Below are positions 39,620 to 51,280 of a DNA stretch of 64,000 bases, piece after piece. The notes below the pieces were generated by a model, which was given only the letters and a program-made list of their open reading frames with translations, was not told the origin of the DNA and searched no databases. A program made the position numbers and the translations under genes. Origin of the DNA: Eledone cirrhosa (Eukaryota). The stretch's first letter is position 1; every line of letters begins with the position of its first letter. The stretch lies in NCBI GenBank assembly GCA_964016885.1, contig OZ024743.1, forward strand, positions 153,016,001 to 153,080,000, given 5' to 3'.

Positions 39620-40700
39620 TTTAGTGATGACAGATCTCCGTCCCACATGGTTGCAAGCCTTATCACAGCCCTGTTCCCAGGTCAGGTCTATATTTGCCAG
39701 TTCTCTAGCCACAGATCTGAGCCAAGTCTTGATGAGTCTACCATGTTTCTTATGCCCTCCACACTGGTCTCTTCATAGACATGCACTAGTACATAGTCAT
39801 GTATCTTCCACTACCATAAAACAATAGTATTTTGCAGATTACTAAACTGGTTCCTTTCTCTGACTTCCTTATTTGTGATGTGGTAAAACCAAGAAATCCT
39901 AGGGCAACATCTATGGAAGACATCTGCAGTTCTGTAGATTCTGCAGGTCATTTCCCATGTCTTGCAAGCATATGTTATCATTGGCACAACAATTGACATA
40001 TACCTCTCAAAGGACTAAGACCTCTGATGTTACACAGTAATACAGAAAACCCAACCTACCATGGGTACAAGCCAAAGCTGAAGCATATAACAGTATGCCC
40101 CACCCCCTCCCACTGTAAAGTGGTCATGTAGGTGTCATGACAAAAATCACCCAGTACTCACTGTAAATGAGGTTGGTGTTAGGAAGGGCATCCAGCTGTA
40201 GAAATCAAGCCAAAATCAGTTCTGTATAATCAAGACATGGTCACCTGACCTGGCATTGCCCACAACAGGACAACCCGTCTAACCCATGCTAGCATGGAAG
40301 AATGGACGTAAGACAGTGATGAAGATGATGATGAGACAGGGCTTTGTGCCATGGCTGAAGGAAGAGTTAGACATTACAGAGTTCAAATGCTGAAAGACAG
40401 TTGCAGCATCGTTGAGGGTCTTTTCCATATCAGTTCTTGAGTTGTTATCTTTAGCAAGGATACTGCTCAGGTATGCAAAGGTGTCAATGGTCTTCAGAGT
40501 CTGGCACTTCAGATGGACTGATTGTAGTTGTGCTTCTTCAATATGCATCAGTCTGGTATTTTCTATGTCGATCTTAAGGCAAACTTCCAAGCAGCTGCTG
40601 CTAAGAGTAATATCAACAATACAGAAGCACTAGAATGTCTTGCACGACAGTAATTGTAGTACTAACGAATCTCAGATTGTTAGTTCTTTGCGCATCATCC
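39620..40700 (-). pseudogene. Old RTE-like LINE fragment interrupted by an RTE-tail repeat
   Basis: TIDTFAYLSSI, ITYACKTW, DVFHRCCPRISW..ITNKEV. Confidence 0.7.
40040..40335 (+). mobile_element. RTE-tail / SINE-like repeat
   Basis: Homologous to 28300-28667, ending in CCATGCTAGCATGG and (GAT)n. Confidence 0.85.
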
Positions 40701-40924
40701 ATTGCTTTTAAACTTCTTCATTCAGTCATAATCACTTCTATGTGGTAATGGACTGTTGCCATATTATGATAAATATATATATCATCATTGTTTAACATCC
40801 TTCTTCCACACTAGCATGGGTTAGACATATATGGGTTAGACATATATATAATTTTATTATACATTATATCTAGGCAGTTCTTTGAGAAATCGTGGGAGTA
40901 TTGCCAAGACTTCAAAAACGCATA

Positions 40925-41150
40925 TGAATGACCATGCTTTGCTCATATGGGAATTGATTCTGGCTTGATTTCTACAGCTGGATGCCCTTCCTAATACCAA
41001 CCTCATTTACAGTGAGTGGTGGGTGCTTTTTTCCGTGGGGCCTACATGTCCACTTTACAGTATGGGCTAGGTACTTTTTTGCCGTGGCACCTCCATGACC
41101 ACTTTGCAGTGGGAGGGTGTAGGGGCATATTGTCTATATGCTTCAGCTTT
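40925..41150 (-). mobile_element. RTE-tail / SINE-like repeat fragment
   Basis: TTTCTACAGCTGGATGCCCTTCCTAA block and GGGTGCTTTTT units. Confidence 0.8.
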
Positions 41151-41152
41151 GG

Positions 41153-41220
<68 letters not shown>

Positions 41221-41317
41221 CCAAATGTTAAACAAGGTTCATTGATTATTCAATGAATATAGTTTTACAATAGATTAAAAGCACTCAACAGAAAAAGTTT
41301 TCTGGAGTTAATAATAA

Positions 41318-41588
41318 TATTCAAAATATTAATAAATGGGTACATTCACATAATCAAAATATATGTTTTATTATATATATTTTGGAGGTACTGTGCTGTT
41401 TTTTCAGTACGGCAGACAAGACTGCCAAGGCAGGAATTGAACCATCAGCACAGTTGAGGTATGTCATACATCAATTTATGTATTTTATCTGATGAGGACA
41501 TACTGGAAAAACAGCACAGTACCTCCGAAATATATATAATAAAACATATATTTTGATTATGTGAATGTATCCATTTATTAATATTTTG

Positions 41589-41592
<4 letters not shown>
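41318..41592. mobile_element. Fold-back element with 92-bp inverted arms carrying a hammerhead ribozyme
   Basis: 41318-41409 pairs with 41501-41592; (TA)n at 41154-41219 and from 41594. Confidence 0.85.
41477..41548 (+). ncRNA. Type I hammerhead ribozyme motif with intact core
   Basis: TTTTAT-CTGATGA-GGA..TACTG..CAGTA..TCC-GAAA-TATATA-TA-ATAAAA; helix I extends via TATG/CATA. Confidence 0.8.
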
Positions 41593-41638
<46 letters not shown>

Positions 41639-41649
41639 TATATATATAT

Positions 41650-41803
41650 AACGAACGAAATGTGGTAAGGAGGCAGGTGGACTTTAACGCACCAAAGTAT
41701 TCAATACTTAGGGTAGTAGAGTGGTAATAGGAACGAGTAGGACCCCGACGTCCAGAATTAGCTGTCGAAACGGCCTGAGCTCAGCCGTCGGGGTCTTACT
41801 CGG

Positions 41804-41806
<3 letters not shown>
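41650..41806. repeat. Second copy of the 170-bp hairpin element in (TA)n
   Basis: Aligns with 36122-36293 with an ~11-bp deletion in the stem. Confidence 0.9.
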
Positions 41807-41840
<34 letters not shown>

Positions 41841-41999
41841 AGGAGGTTATAGTTCACTTGAAGCATTGTGTAATGAGGTATAAACGTTTGAATATGTGTA
41901 ATAAAGCCAAAACAATGCAGGTATGGACATAGAAAAAAGAATGCAATTGTAAAAGATATTGTTGACAATTCGTCCTTTACCTTAGATTTATTTAAATGT

Positions 42000-42034
42000 C
42001 CTTAATTTTCGAGATAATATCTCTTCTTCAGAGG
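42000..42034 (-). ncRNA. Minimal hammerhead motif in the Penelope 3' repeat (mirror copy 44497-44531)
   Basis: CCT-CTGAAGA-A-GAGAT(ATT)ATCTC-GAAA-ATTA-AGG; helix III reduced to palindromic AATT; mirror copy reads CCGAAGA. Confidence 0.6.
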
Positions 42035-42425
42035 GAAATAAATGTCTCAAACCAGCGTTCTAAATATCTTGCCAAGCCATGCTGACAGGAAATAGTATAG
42101 AGTATCTGTTCTATCTCTAATGTCAAAGAGTTAAAATTAGGTGGATAAAGAGTAGTCTCCCTTTAAAAGGGGCTTGTTTAGGGTTTTTTGTTTTTTTTAA
42201 AATATTTTATATACATGCCTGTATAAGTGTGTGGGAAAATGCATGAAGGTGTAAGTATGTGAGTGTGTGTGTGTGAGTGTGAGAAGATAAGTCTATTCGT
42301 AAATGTGGGGGATAGGTGTTATCTGGTGTTAGAACTGGTTATGTGTGTGTATGTGTGAGAGAGAATAAGTGGAGATGTAAGCGTGTGTGTGTGTGGGGTG
42401 TGTAAATATGGGGCTAGAAGCCCTA

Positions 42426-43636
42426 TCAGGTTATAAATTGGGTGTTGAGTTCTAGTCTATTATTGATTGGTGGTTGCGTTTTATCTATAATTAGTGCTTC
42501 CTTAATTCTAAGATTGCCGAGGTTTCTTTCCTTAGTTTCTATCCTAACTGTTATGGTTTTGTCGGTGTTTTTGCATTTAGCTAGGTGTTTCTTAAATGAG
42601 GAAGCGTTAGTATTGAGGTGTTCTTTTATTCTTATGTGGAGTGGTCTGGTGGTGCTAACTACGTAGAAGTTGTTGCATTTGTCACACTCTAGTCTGTATA
42701 CGACGTAAGCCTGGTGGCATAGGTCTGTGTCATTGATGGGGCAGTTGGCTAGTCTGCAGCAGTTGTCGTGTCTGGTGAGTGTCTCTTGGCCAGCCGTCCG
42801 CGCAGAGAAGGACCCGAGTGGGCCAGTTGGATATCCAGTCCCTCTCGTCTGATGGCTCTGCGGATGGCTGTTTTTGTTTCTTCACTGAAGTGTGGGAGCT
42901 TCAGGAAGCATGTGTTAGTGCCTCGGGTGTGGTGTCCTCTGTTCTTTCTGGCACGGTTTGTGGTGGATGTCGTGTATCCGTTCAGTTTGAGTACTTCCAG
43001 GAAATGTGTGGTGTGTGTGTCTCGGTCTCTAGCGTCGGTGCATTTGTTCCGGATACGTGCCAATTCGTTCCTTATGTATCCGAACTTGGCACCGAGTGGG
43101 AGGGCCGATCTGAAATGTACGAACAGGTCCCTGCTGATGGCTTTTTTATAGAAGCAGGTGTGGATGTTGCCTTCCTCTGTTACCCTGAGTTGGAAGTCCA
43201 GTAGGGATAGGGATCCGCGGTCATCGGGGTGTTCCATGCTGGACTTTATACTGGCGTCCATGCTGGAGAATGTTGTGTATATTTTATCTGCCTCCTCACG
43301 GGATGATGTAAAGATGAGTATGTCATCTACATATCGGGTGAAGAAGGCATGGGAATGGCAGGTGTTGAGGGCTCGGCATTCTAGCTGGTTCATGTAGGTG
43401 ATGGCCAGCAGGCCCGATAGGCTGAATCCCATGGGTAATCCTGTTGTCTGTCTGTATGTGTGGTGGTGGAAGGTGAAGTACGTGTTGTCTACCCTGAAGG
43501 ACAAAAGCTGGTGTATGTCCGTCGGGTGGAGGCCGTAGCAGTGGATGTCCTCTGCGACCACGCAGTCCGTCAATAAATCGACAGCTGGATGAGCGGGGAC
43601 TGTGGTGTAGAGGGAGACAACGTCGAGGCTAAAGCT
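42426..43636 (-). pseudogene. Penelope-type reverse transcriptase (partial) plus GIY-YIG endonuclease, frameshift at the linker
   Basis: SLDVVSLYT, YRQTTGLPMG, RYVDD, LSLLD, FYKK; in another frame CCRLANCP..C..VVYRLECDKCNNFYV.STTRPLHIRIKEH..IKEALII..PPIN. Confidence 0.92.
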
Positions 43637-44664
43637 CAAACTGAACGGATACACGACATCCACCACAAACCGTGCCAGAAAGATCGGGACTGGATATCCA
43701 ACTGGCCCACTCGGGTCCTTCTCTGCGCGGACGGCTGGCCAAGAGACACTCACCAGACATGACAACTGCTGCAGACTAGCCAACTGCCCCATCAACGACA
43801 CAGACCTATGCCACCAGGCTTACGTCGTATACAGACTAGAGTGTGACAAATGCAACAACTTCTACGTAGGTAGCACCACCAGACCACTCCACATAAGAAT
43901 AAAAGAACACCTCAATACTAATGCTTCCTCATTTAAGAAACACCTAGCTAAATGAAAAACACCGACAAAACCATAACAGTTAGGATAGAAACTAAGGAAA
44001 GAAACCTCGGCAATCTTAGAATTAAGGAAGCACTAATTATAGATAAAACGCAACCACCAATCAATAATAGACTAGAACTCAACACCCAATTTATAACCTG
44101 ATAGGGCTTCTAGCCCCATATTTACACACCCCCCACACACACACGCTTACATCTCCACTTATTCTCTCTCACACATACACACACATAACCAGTTCTAACA
44201 CCAGATAACACCTATCCCCCACATTTACGAATAGACTTATCTTCTCACACTCACACACACACACACACTCACATACTTACACCTTCATGCATTCTCCCAC
44301 ACACTTATACAGGCATGTATATAAAATATTTAAAAAAAAACAAAAAACCCTAAACAAACCCCTTTTAAAGGGAGACTACTCTTTATCCACCTAATTTTAA
44401 CTCTTTGACATTAGAGATAGAACATATACTCTATACTATTTCCTGTCAGCATGGCTTGGCAAGATATTTAGAACGCTGGTTTGAGACCTTTATTTCCCTC
44501 CGAAGAAGAGATATTATCTCGAAAATTAAGGACATTTAAATAAATCTAAGGTAAAGGACGAATTGTCAACAATATCTTTTACAATTGCATTCTTTTTTCT
44601 ATGTCCATACCTGCATTGTTTTGGCTTTATTACACATATTCAAACGTTTATATATATATTAATA

Positions 44665-44671
<7 letters not shown>

Positions 44672-44700
<29 letters not shown>

Positions 44701-44745
44701 TGTATGTATGTATGTATGTATGTATGTATGTATGTATGTATGTAT
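44672..44745. repeat. (TATG)n microsatellite
   Basis: Direct reading. Confidence 0.98.
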
Positions 44746-44751
44746 ATGTAG

Positions 44752-45020
44752 TGGAGGCACGTGGCCTAGTGGTAAGAGTGTTGGACTTATGATCATAATG
44801 TCGTGGGTTCGATTCCTGGGTTGTGTGTTGTGTTCTTAAGCAAAACACTTCATTTCACGTTGCTCCAGTGTACTCAGCTGGAAATGAATACCAGCAATAG
44901 CTGGAGGTTTAACCCTGCGATGGACTGGTATCCTGTCCAGGGGGGAGTTTTATACTCTCAGTTGCTTCACGCCATGAAACTGGGATAAGCACCGGGCAAA
45001 TGCACCTTCTGGCTTAAGAC
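44752..45020 (+). mobile_element. Full-length tRNA-derived SINE (family B)
   Basis: A box TGGCCTAGTGG, B box GGTTCGATTCC, then CCCTGCGATGGACTGGTATCCTGTCCAGGG resembling the V-SINE domain. Confidence 0.85.
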
Positions 45021-45288
45021 AGATTTTAGACCTTATTAATGTATATGTAAAAAGTAAACAGAAATTACATAGTAAATGGCACAGTGCAATGAAGAAATGC
45101 GTTAGTTTAATACTTGAATTAACAGGAAAAGAGTCTAAACGTTTCAGGCACTGATCCTTTATCAGAAGATGGAATTAGAGATAAAAGATAAAATAGAAAA
45201 ATAAAGAGTTAGAAGAGGAAAGAACAGAAAAAAATGAGAAAAAACACAGTATATTCAGTCAGCCATTTTGGAGAATTGAATGTATTTA

Positions 45289-45338
<50 letters not shown>

Positions 45339-48199
45339 TGTGTAAGTATGTGTACATGGATGTATCTTTCCGCATGGTAACTTGAAGAATTCAAATCAAC
45401 TGTGTTAACATCACTTGATTTTGCATATCCTCAAATTATATAAGGGCCTTCAAAAATTATAGGCGTAGTTTTCCTCTGCTTTTAAATCCATATTTCAAAT
45501 ACCTGCAAGTATGTGATAAATATTTTTTACCGTTTTTCTTTTAATTCCTTTTTTTAAATTCAGTTTTGGATTAATTTCATCTGAATTGTTCAAACATTTA
45601 TTTTACAGCTGCATGAGCTTCCAAATTCTAAACTATTCAACCATAAAGTATTTTTTTTCAAACTAAGAAAATTAAGGCAAGCATATTTAATGTGCTTTGC
45701 CTAGAGGCAAAATATATTAATGGTAGGAAAGAATAAAAATTCAGATATGCTAGAATAGAGTAAGGAGAAGAAGTCCTATTCTTTTTCAAGCAGAGCCCTT
45801 CACTAAACAAACAAGATTTTGCATTGAGAGGGTATGCCTGAATTGGTATATATTTTTTACTTCTCATGGCTTACTAACACAGCAGAATCTTTTGCTTCTT
45901 ACTAAATTGATTTTTGCCAACATAGACTATCTCTTATATTCTTGGATGCTGCTGAATATACTTAATGATATGAAGGTTTGCTGTCATGATCTTGAGAGAA
46001 ATAGTCAAGTGTCTCATAGTTTATCTGTTGTGTCTCATATATTTTAATGATCTCAGCAGTTAGAAAAGTGAAGTTGATTTGGAAGTCAGGAATAAGAAGA
46101 TACTATAAAGCATTTAGACTTGAATTACAAACTGAAGCAACTTTACTGCACAATATAAGAAATCAATTAGGAATAACATGTGACCATACATTGCATGAGA
46201 TGTTTTAGCTCATGTTTTGTTCTTTCTTTTTGTGGTAGATAGAGAGTAAAGAGAGTATTATCAGAAATATGAACCACCATAAGTAACAACAACAACAAAA
46301 AATCAATAATCAGAAGAACAACAGCAAAAACCAATGTTATCACCAACAGTGAAAGTAATTGCAACATTAACAATAGCAACAACAAAAGTAATATTGCAAC
46401 AACAGAATCACCATCACCTCCACTACCAACAACAACAACATTAACAATCATAGTAATTTCAGTTATTGCAACACCAACAATAAACAAAAAATAGCAAAAC
46501 AACAACAATAACAACAGGAACAAGAACTTTAACAAAAATAGACAAAGACAATAGCAAGAAAATCAACAGTAGTGATATAACCATTAACATTAACTAAAAC
46601 AATAATTACTAAGCAACAACAAACATATTAGTGACACAAAGACTAACAATAACAACAGTGTAATTGTTATTGTTAATAATAGTATAAAGTACCAATATAT
46701 TACAAGTAAGAAAGAGTGTAAGCACAAAATAAATTTCCTATGCATATTTTTCTCCGACAGTCTTTGTAATGTATCATATTATGGATGAAATAAACAAGCA
46801 ACAAGAAAATCTTGTCAAGTATTGCATAAATGTTTATTTTCCTTTGTTGAGTTTTTTCATGCTTTCCAAGAAGTTTCTAAAACATAAATTACCATTTGTA
46901 CATTTAAATCGGTTTGGGGCTTGTTTTTATTGTTATTTTCCTTTAGATATAATAGATGAGATATTGACTAAAGTTAAGTACAAACTATTGTATATGTTTA
47001 TTCTATGAATATACACCACAAAACAGCAACTGGTAAATCTATATGTTTCTATATGTTTATGTATGATTATGTCTGCGACTTTACATGCATGTATATATAA
47101 ACATACATATACACATGTACCCACCCATGGGTTGGATCTTTTGAAGCAATGATTCACAGCCATATGCCATTCCTGAAACTAACCTGCTTAGTTGCTTCTT
47201 ATGACATACAAATATTCAGTATGCCTATTCTAAACCAAATACATACTGTATAATGTATATTTTATTTTGAAAAAAAGGTGACAGTGACTTTGAAGTTTCA
47301 GCTCACAATGGATTGGGTGCTTATTGAGTTAATGTTTTACTCATTCTATGCATGCTTCTACACAAATACCTCCTTCAATATATATGTATGAATCATCATC
47401 ATCATTGTTTTAATGCAGACTCTCCCATGCTGGCATGAGTTAGATGGTACATTTTGAGGCAAGGTATTACAGCTGGATGCCCTCCCTCACACTCACTCTT
47501 TTAGTTGCTTCTTATGACATGCATGTATAATGTATGTGTGTGTTTGTGATAAATAGTTAATGAATTCACAATTCACACACAATGACAATGAATATTGAAA
47601 GAAGGCAATACAGTTATATATCTATATATATGTAGTGGTTTATTCAATCATGACTGAGAGAAATCTGTTTGCCATGCTGAATACTGCTTCTCAAAAGAAA
47701 AATGATTTAGATATTAAAAAATAATGAATATTCTGTTAAATGCTAATAGAATCTATTAGCATTTCATCTGAAATCTTGATCTTTAAATTTTTGTTATAAA
47801 CTCTCTTGATATATGTCATTAAGACTATGTGATTAACACCATTATTGCATTGAATAATCAAGAATTATATTTTACTCTGACTGAATATGTAACATGCACT
47901 AGACGCAGTAGGTAAATTGCTCTTTGACATGCTCACATAAACACATATGTATGTATTTGTGGATCTGCATGTATGTATATATTCATATATATAATGGCAA
48001 TGCCCCAGCATGGCCTCAGCCTGCTGGCTGGAACACGTAATGGAGTAATATATATTTATGTGGTAGTGTAAATAATATGAATCATTGTGGGATATATAGT
48101 TCTCACAAAAACTGCTACCCTACTTTTCTCACCAAGCACTGAAAGGCCAAGGCAGCAGGATGTAAAAGAACAAGGAGGACACATACCCCTAAGGATAAC

Positions 48200-48650
48200 A
48201 TTTACTATCTAAAGCTTCCACATTTCAACTAGTAGACAACAGCTGCAATCACACAAGCCATCCATAGGGAGGGACTGAATATACGGCTGGCACATTTGGG
48301 ACCCTCTTTACGAAGTCTACTCCACAGACCCCAACCTCCATTCAGTGATATATGCACACTTCCTAACTGTCCCATTAACAATGCAGAAGCATGCATGAGA
48401 GCATATGTGGTGTATAAGATCATGTGCAAAAATGCAGCTGCTCATACATCGGAAATATCATGAGGAGACTATACATATGGATCGGAGAACACATGATAAT
48501 GAGAGCCTTTTCCATCATAAAACATCTTGTCAGATGCCACAACCAAGATACTGAAGTATCCAAGATCATAGAAGCAAATGAAAAGAATATGGGAAATTTG
48601 GGAATTAAGGAAGCATTTTTAATTAGCTGATTAAAGCCACATAAATAATG
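48200..48650 (+). pseudogene. Diverged Penelope-like fragment (linker plus GIY-YIG)
   Basis: AIHREGLNIRLAHLGPSLR, CTLPNCPINN..C..YVVYKIMC, SYIG, GNLGIKEAFLI; homologous to 42430-42900. Confidence 0.85.
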
Positions 48651-49182
48651 GGTCAGAAAAACATGAGGCAGAAAGTTTACAATAGTAACCCTGTGCTTGT
48701 GCAATTTATCATCATAATCGAGATTAGTTAGTATATTATTCTACTATATTCTGCAAAACATTTTTTGTAAAACCCTAATCATATAATTAATTGCCACAAA
48801 AAATAGTAGTGGAAATAGTAGGCAACTCTGAATAACAGCTGACGACTTTAAAGGGAGAGCAGTGAGAGTTGAGACTACTATGACCAGGCATAAAATTCTA
48901 TCGTGCATGTTTACATTTTTGTCACTATATATATAAATTGTATATTGTAAGTATCTCACAAAGCTGAAAAGGATTTCAACATCAAAATAGAGGAAATCAA
49001 ACTAACTGAAGTCACAAAGGCTCTAAAGTAATTAAAGAATTATAAAGGCTTCAATGTAGGTGGAATTGCACTTGTGCTGGTGAATGCTGACAGAATCATA
49101 ACACCATTTGTGCACACAAGACTACTTAATTACATCTAGAGAATGAGTGAGATTCCCAGGAACAAAGGTACTAATATATACT

Positions 49183-49271
<89 letters not shown>

Positions 49272-49277
<6 letters not shown>

Positions 49278-49680
49278 GTAATCTGAGTTTTTCGAATATT
49301 AATAATAACACTCGATTCGTTTACAATTATGCTAACAAGCCTCAATTTTATAGCCATGTCAATAGAATGAACACTTCATTCTTGCTCTTATGTTGGCCTG
49401 CAAACAGAACTGTAGACACTAATGTTTCTGGGTATCACTCTTCATCAGTACAGCTCACTGATCACCTGCCAAACTCTCAGAGTTAGTGAAAATATATGCT
49501 ATTTTTAAAAATACACTGTGACTGATCAGCCTGATTTGCATATTAGCAGACTGGCTGATCATAAGAGCAAGTATGAAGTGTTCATTCTACTGACATGGCT
49601 ATAAAATTGAGGCTTGTTTGTATAATTGTAAACGAATCGAGTATTATTATTAATATTCGAAAAACTCAGATTACATTTAT
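49272..49680. mobile_element. Fold-back element with 121-bp inverted arms and a hammerhead in the spacer
   Basis: 49272-49392 pairs with 49560-49680; long TA-rich tract on the left. Confidence 0.85.
49408..49455 (-). ncRNA. Type I hammerhead ribozyme motif
   Basis: Minus strand CTGTA-CTGATGA-AGAGT(GAT)ACCCA-GAAA-CATTAGT-GTC-TACAG; helix II has one mismatch. Confidence 0.75.
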
Positions 49681-49879
49681 TGTATTCAGCCATGTAGAGC
49701 GAAATTTTCTTTTCATTTGAATTTTGCAAAGCCGGCCATTTATCGCTTGTATACAGGAAACTGACTGGCCAGTCTGCTGATATGCATATCTGGCTGATCT
49801 GTGGATCTGCTAATATGCAGATCTGACTGATCAGCTAGTCTGCTAATATGCAAATCACCATTATGTCGAATTCACAATT

Positions 49880-51280
49880 AAAGGAGATAAACAGAAATTA
49901 AGAAGTTGTTTTGTATGTGTTATTTTGTGAGGATCAAAGACATGCAGTGTTAAGGATTGCAAGGAAAAGCACTAGAGAGAAGAAATTATAGATAGTCTAA
50001 ATCATGAAAGAGTTATAGCACAACTGATTAGGGATATATATTAATCTTGACAAGTTTGGCTTTCTGCCAGGTAGAGGTATTACTAATGCCTATTTCCTTG
50101 TCCCACCCTTGCAAGCAGGGAAAAGCGGACATCAAATTATGATGATGATGATGATGATGAGGACATCTGCTGGAGAATATGTAACTAAGAGCTTCTTTAC
50201 CTAGAATTCATTTCAATAGAAAAAGCATTGACAGTATATCCCACTCCATAATCTGATAAGTTCTTAGGAGACTAGAGATAGAAAATGGCTTGTAGAGCCA
50301 AGTACAGAGTTGCAATCAGCAAAGTTAGAGTTAACATTAAATATAGTGATGCAGGTGCACTCCCACCAGGGCTCTGTTCTCATCCTACTTTTATGTGTTA
50401 AGCCATAATAGAGGAGTTTAAGATTGATTGCCTGGGAAAATTCCTTTATGCTGAATCTGTAGAGTAATTAGAACCGAAACTCCACACATGGAAGCAAAAT
50501 CTGAAATTAAAAGGCATCAAATCAACTTAACAAAGACTGAATCTCTAGTAAGTAGAAAAGAAGACAGAGCCTTGATTCCTTCAGAGAAAGGGTCATGCTC
50601 AATATGTAGAAAAGATGTTGGTAGGAATTCCATACTTTGTACAAAATGTAAACTATAGGTACACAAGAGATGTAGCAGGATTTTGAGCAGGATGACAAAG
50701 TGTATAGACCTTATAAATTGCAAATGCAGAGGAGCAGCACACAGCAAGAGCTCACATGAAACAAACTTTATTAAATGCCAAGATGGGTCCCTGGAATTTA
50801 TTGACAGCTTCTGGCTTGTCCTAATTAATAGTGGAAGTGGATATCTGAAATATGGTAGCTAGAATGAAAAGAGGCTACAAAGGGTTTCTCTCTCAGGATG
50901 AAAGACAGAGTGTAGGATGTGTGAACTGTGGTATTTAGAAGATTGCAAAAATTAGAAAGAATTGAGACAAACATGCTCCTTTGGATATGTAATAGTAGTG
51001 TACATGAAAGGTAATGCATAAATAAACTGAGAAAATAGCTGGGTATAACAGGGAACAGATGCAGTGTACAAGAAAGAAGACTGAACTAGTAATGCATATG
51101 GAAGATAACAGTTGCATAAAGCCCTCAAAGTCAATAAAACTGGTGGCAGATGAAAACCTAGGAAAACATGAGATAACAGACTGAAGGCTGACCTCAGGAA
51201 GCTGAACCTCATGGAGGAGATGACATAGGATCTAGTTAATTGACAATTTGTTGTGCTACAAAGACTTCCCCTTTCATGTA
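49880..51280 (+). pseudogene. Very decayed RTE fragment with PHD remnant; contains a 60-bp RTE tail insertion at 50100-50160
   Basis: FGFLPGRG, HQGSVL, CSICRKDVGRNSILCTKCKL-VHKRC. Confidence 0.8.

Larger units (their letters stand above)
41838..44652 (-). mobile_element. Penelope-like retroelement, 5'-truncated, with an inverted ~1-kb duplicate of its 3' part
   Basis: Minus-strand RT and GIY-YIG; 43637-44652 is the reverse complement of 41879-42992 apart from a ~100-bp deletion; (TA)n on the left, TA/(TATG)n on the right. Confidence 0.93.

Noticed and set aside
42749-43801. 350-aa ORF as an intact protein with a novel N-terminus
   Set aside because: The first ~55 residues are antisense sequence of the inverted arm fused at the junction near 43637
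44752-44822. tRNA gene
   Set aside because: A and B boxes are present but there is no proper cloverleaf and it continues into a SINE body with another copy at 8365-8503
46167-46535. Leu/Val-rich membrane-like ORF
   Set aside because: Antisense reading of a decayed (AAC)n-rich tract
48836-48885. Hammerhead downstream of the second Penelope fragment (CTGACGA ... GAGAC)
   Set aside because: GAAA is mutated and helices I and II cannot be built convincingly
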